Below, in pieces: positions 63,181-64,000 of a DNA stretch of 64,000 nt. This stretch comes from a virus: positions 124,802 to 188,801 of the IMG/VR virus record IMGVR_UViG_3300022602_002120; one strand, written 5' to 3'. A model generated the notes under the pieces. That model did not search any database and had not been told where the DNA came from. It was given only the letters and a program-made list of their open reading frames with translations. Each line of letters begins with the position of its first letter. The stretch's first letter is position 1. The position numbers were made by a program, and so were the translations under genes.

Positions 63181-63870
63181 TTAGTAACTAGCATCCATTA
63201 ATTTTACAGCTTCTGTTGTAGCAGTAGTATTCATACAGCTAATGGCAAACAAATCCATACGCATTGTCTGAGCAATAGCTTCAATGCGAGCTTGAGTAGC
63301 TTCATCAGTTGCTAACAATTCTAATGCGCGAGCACCAATTTTACTGTGGAAGCCTTCATCTTTAGCAATCTTAGCGTATGTTGTTGAGATGTATTCATCT
63401 TGAATACATTCAGCCATTTTAGCCCATACACGCTCAGCACGACCTTCAGCAATAAATTGGTAAGCCGCAAGTGCTAGTGGATCGTTTTGTGCTTCGTACT
63501 TAGCTAATAGAGCAGCACCTTTAGCTGTTGGTTTAGCTGCTTCAGCAGCAATAGCCGCTTCAACGTCAACAGTTTTGCCTGTGATGTGTTCAATAACTTC
63601 TTTTACCATACGGAAGTGATTAGCTTCGTCAAGTGCTTGTTTGCTTAGTAATGCTAGAGTTTCTACTGAAGTATCAGCAGGAGCATTTGCTACTTTATTA
63701 GCAATTTCAACCATGTTCATACGTTCGTTAACCATACGACCAACAAAGTGTTCTACTAGTTGTTCTTGGCTAGGGTTACTTGCAAAGTATGCTTCTACGT
63801 TTAATTCACTTGCTTTGAATAATGCTTCATTGTCTTGTGCTAATTTAGCAACAAATTGTTTTGAGTTCAT
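63181..63870 (-). CDS. ferritin-like carboxylate-bridged diiron protein
   Basis: NERM, DEANH, AEGR, DEGFH ligand pattern; strong codon bias. Confidence 0.8.
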   Translation of the reverse strand: MNSKQFVAKLAQDNEALFKASELNVEAYFASNPSQEQLVEHFVGRMVNERMNMVEIANKVANAPADTSVETLALLSKQALDEANHFRMVKEVIEHITGKTVDVEAAIAAEAAKPTAKGAALLAKYEAQNDPLALAAYQFIAEGRAERVWAKMAECIQDEYISTTYAKIAKDEGFHSKIGARALELLATDEATQARIEAIAQTMRMDLFAISCMNTTATTEAVKLMDASY

Positions 63871-64000
63871 TATATTTTTCCTTTAATTATAACGTTATAA
63901 AATAACTAGTATCTTTGGCCAAATACTAATTATAATTTTATTTATCTAAATTTATATTATTGTTGAAGTATTATACTGGTTTACGTCCGCTGATGGCACG

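Noticed and set aside
143-63886. Plus-strand ORFs in the ORF track other than 46739-47173 (e.g. 2608-2880, 11128-11382, 27712-28107, 32106-32483)
   Set aside because: Antisense shadows of well-supported minus-strand genes, with no SD or promoter and Ser/Leu/Phe-biased composition
1-64000. Stop-codon reassignment (alternative genetic code)
   Set aside because: Long conserved genes (Pol B, ClpA, MetK, DpdA) are uninterrupted in code 11, and TAA, TAG and TGA all end genes cleanly
1-64000. tRNA, rRNA, CRISPR array, reverse transcriptase/DGR, integrase
   Set aside because: No T-loop/cloverleaf, regularly spaced repeats or RT/recombinase motifs seen by eye; tRNAscan-SE would be needed for a formal negative

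Overview
A 64-kb internal segment of a large, AT-rich, T4-like tailed dsDNA phage. It uses the standard genetic code and holds about 100 tightly packed genes, all but one on the minus strand. The host is probably Gram-negative (spanins, sigma70 promoters, SD sites). Left to right: (1) small early genes with a MoxR AAA+/vWA-metallopeptidase pair; (2) DEDDh exonuclease, RNase H-like 5'-3' nuclease, MetK and a dispersed 7-deazaguanine pathway (QueD, QueE, FolE, with MazG-like and PRTase neighbours); (3) an AT-rich glycan-modification cassette bounded by a duplicated promoter; (4) a DpdA/TGT-like DNA transglycosylase cluster with a DpdL-like T-fold protein, an EX7E GT-B glycosyltransferase, a MutH/Sau3AI-like nuclease, an unknown ORF and a GIY-YIG homing endonuclease, with no QueC in the window; (5) sliding clamp, methyltransferase and family B DNA polymerase; (6) a late block whose products (SOD, giant amidoligase, two nucleotidyltransferases, HAD nucleotidase and others) carry T4-like capsid-targeting leaders and Glu-type prohead-protease sites; (7) ClpA and DnaJ; (8) a holin/spanin/GH19 lysis cassette; (9) a sulfotransferase-like/GATase/diiron cluster. 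Two candidate structured RNAs (a folE leader pseudoknot and an RNA at about 40.0 kb) and several small ORFs missing from the ORF track were found by eye. No tRNA, rRNA or CRISPR array was seen. All product calls come from motif recognition only; no database search was run.
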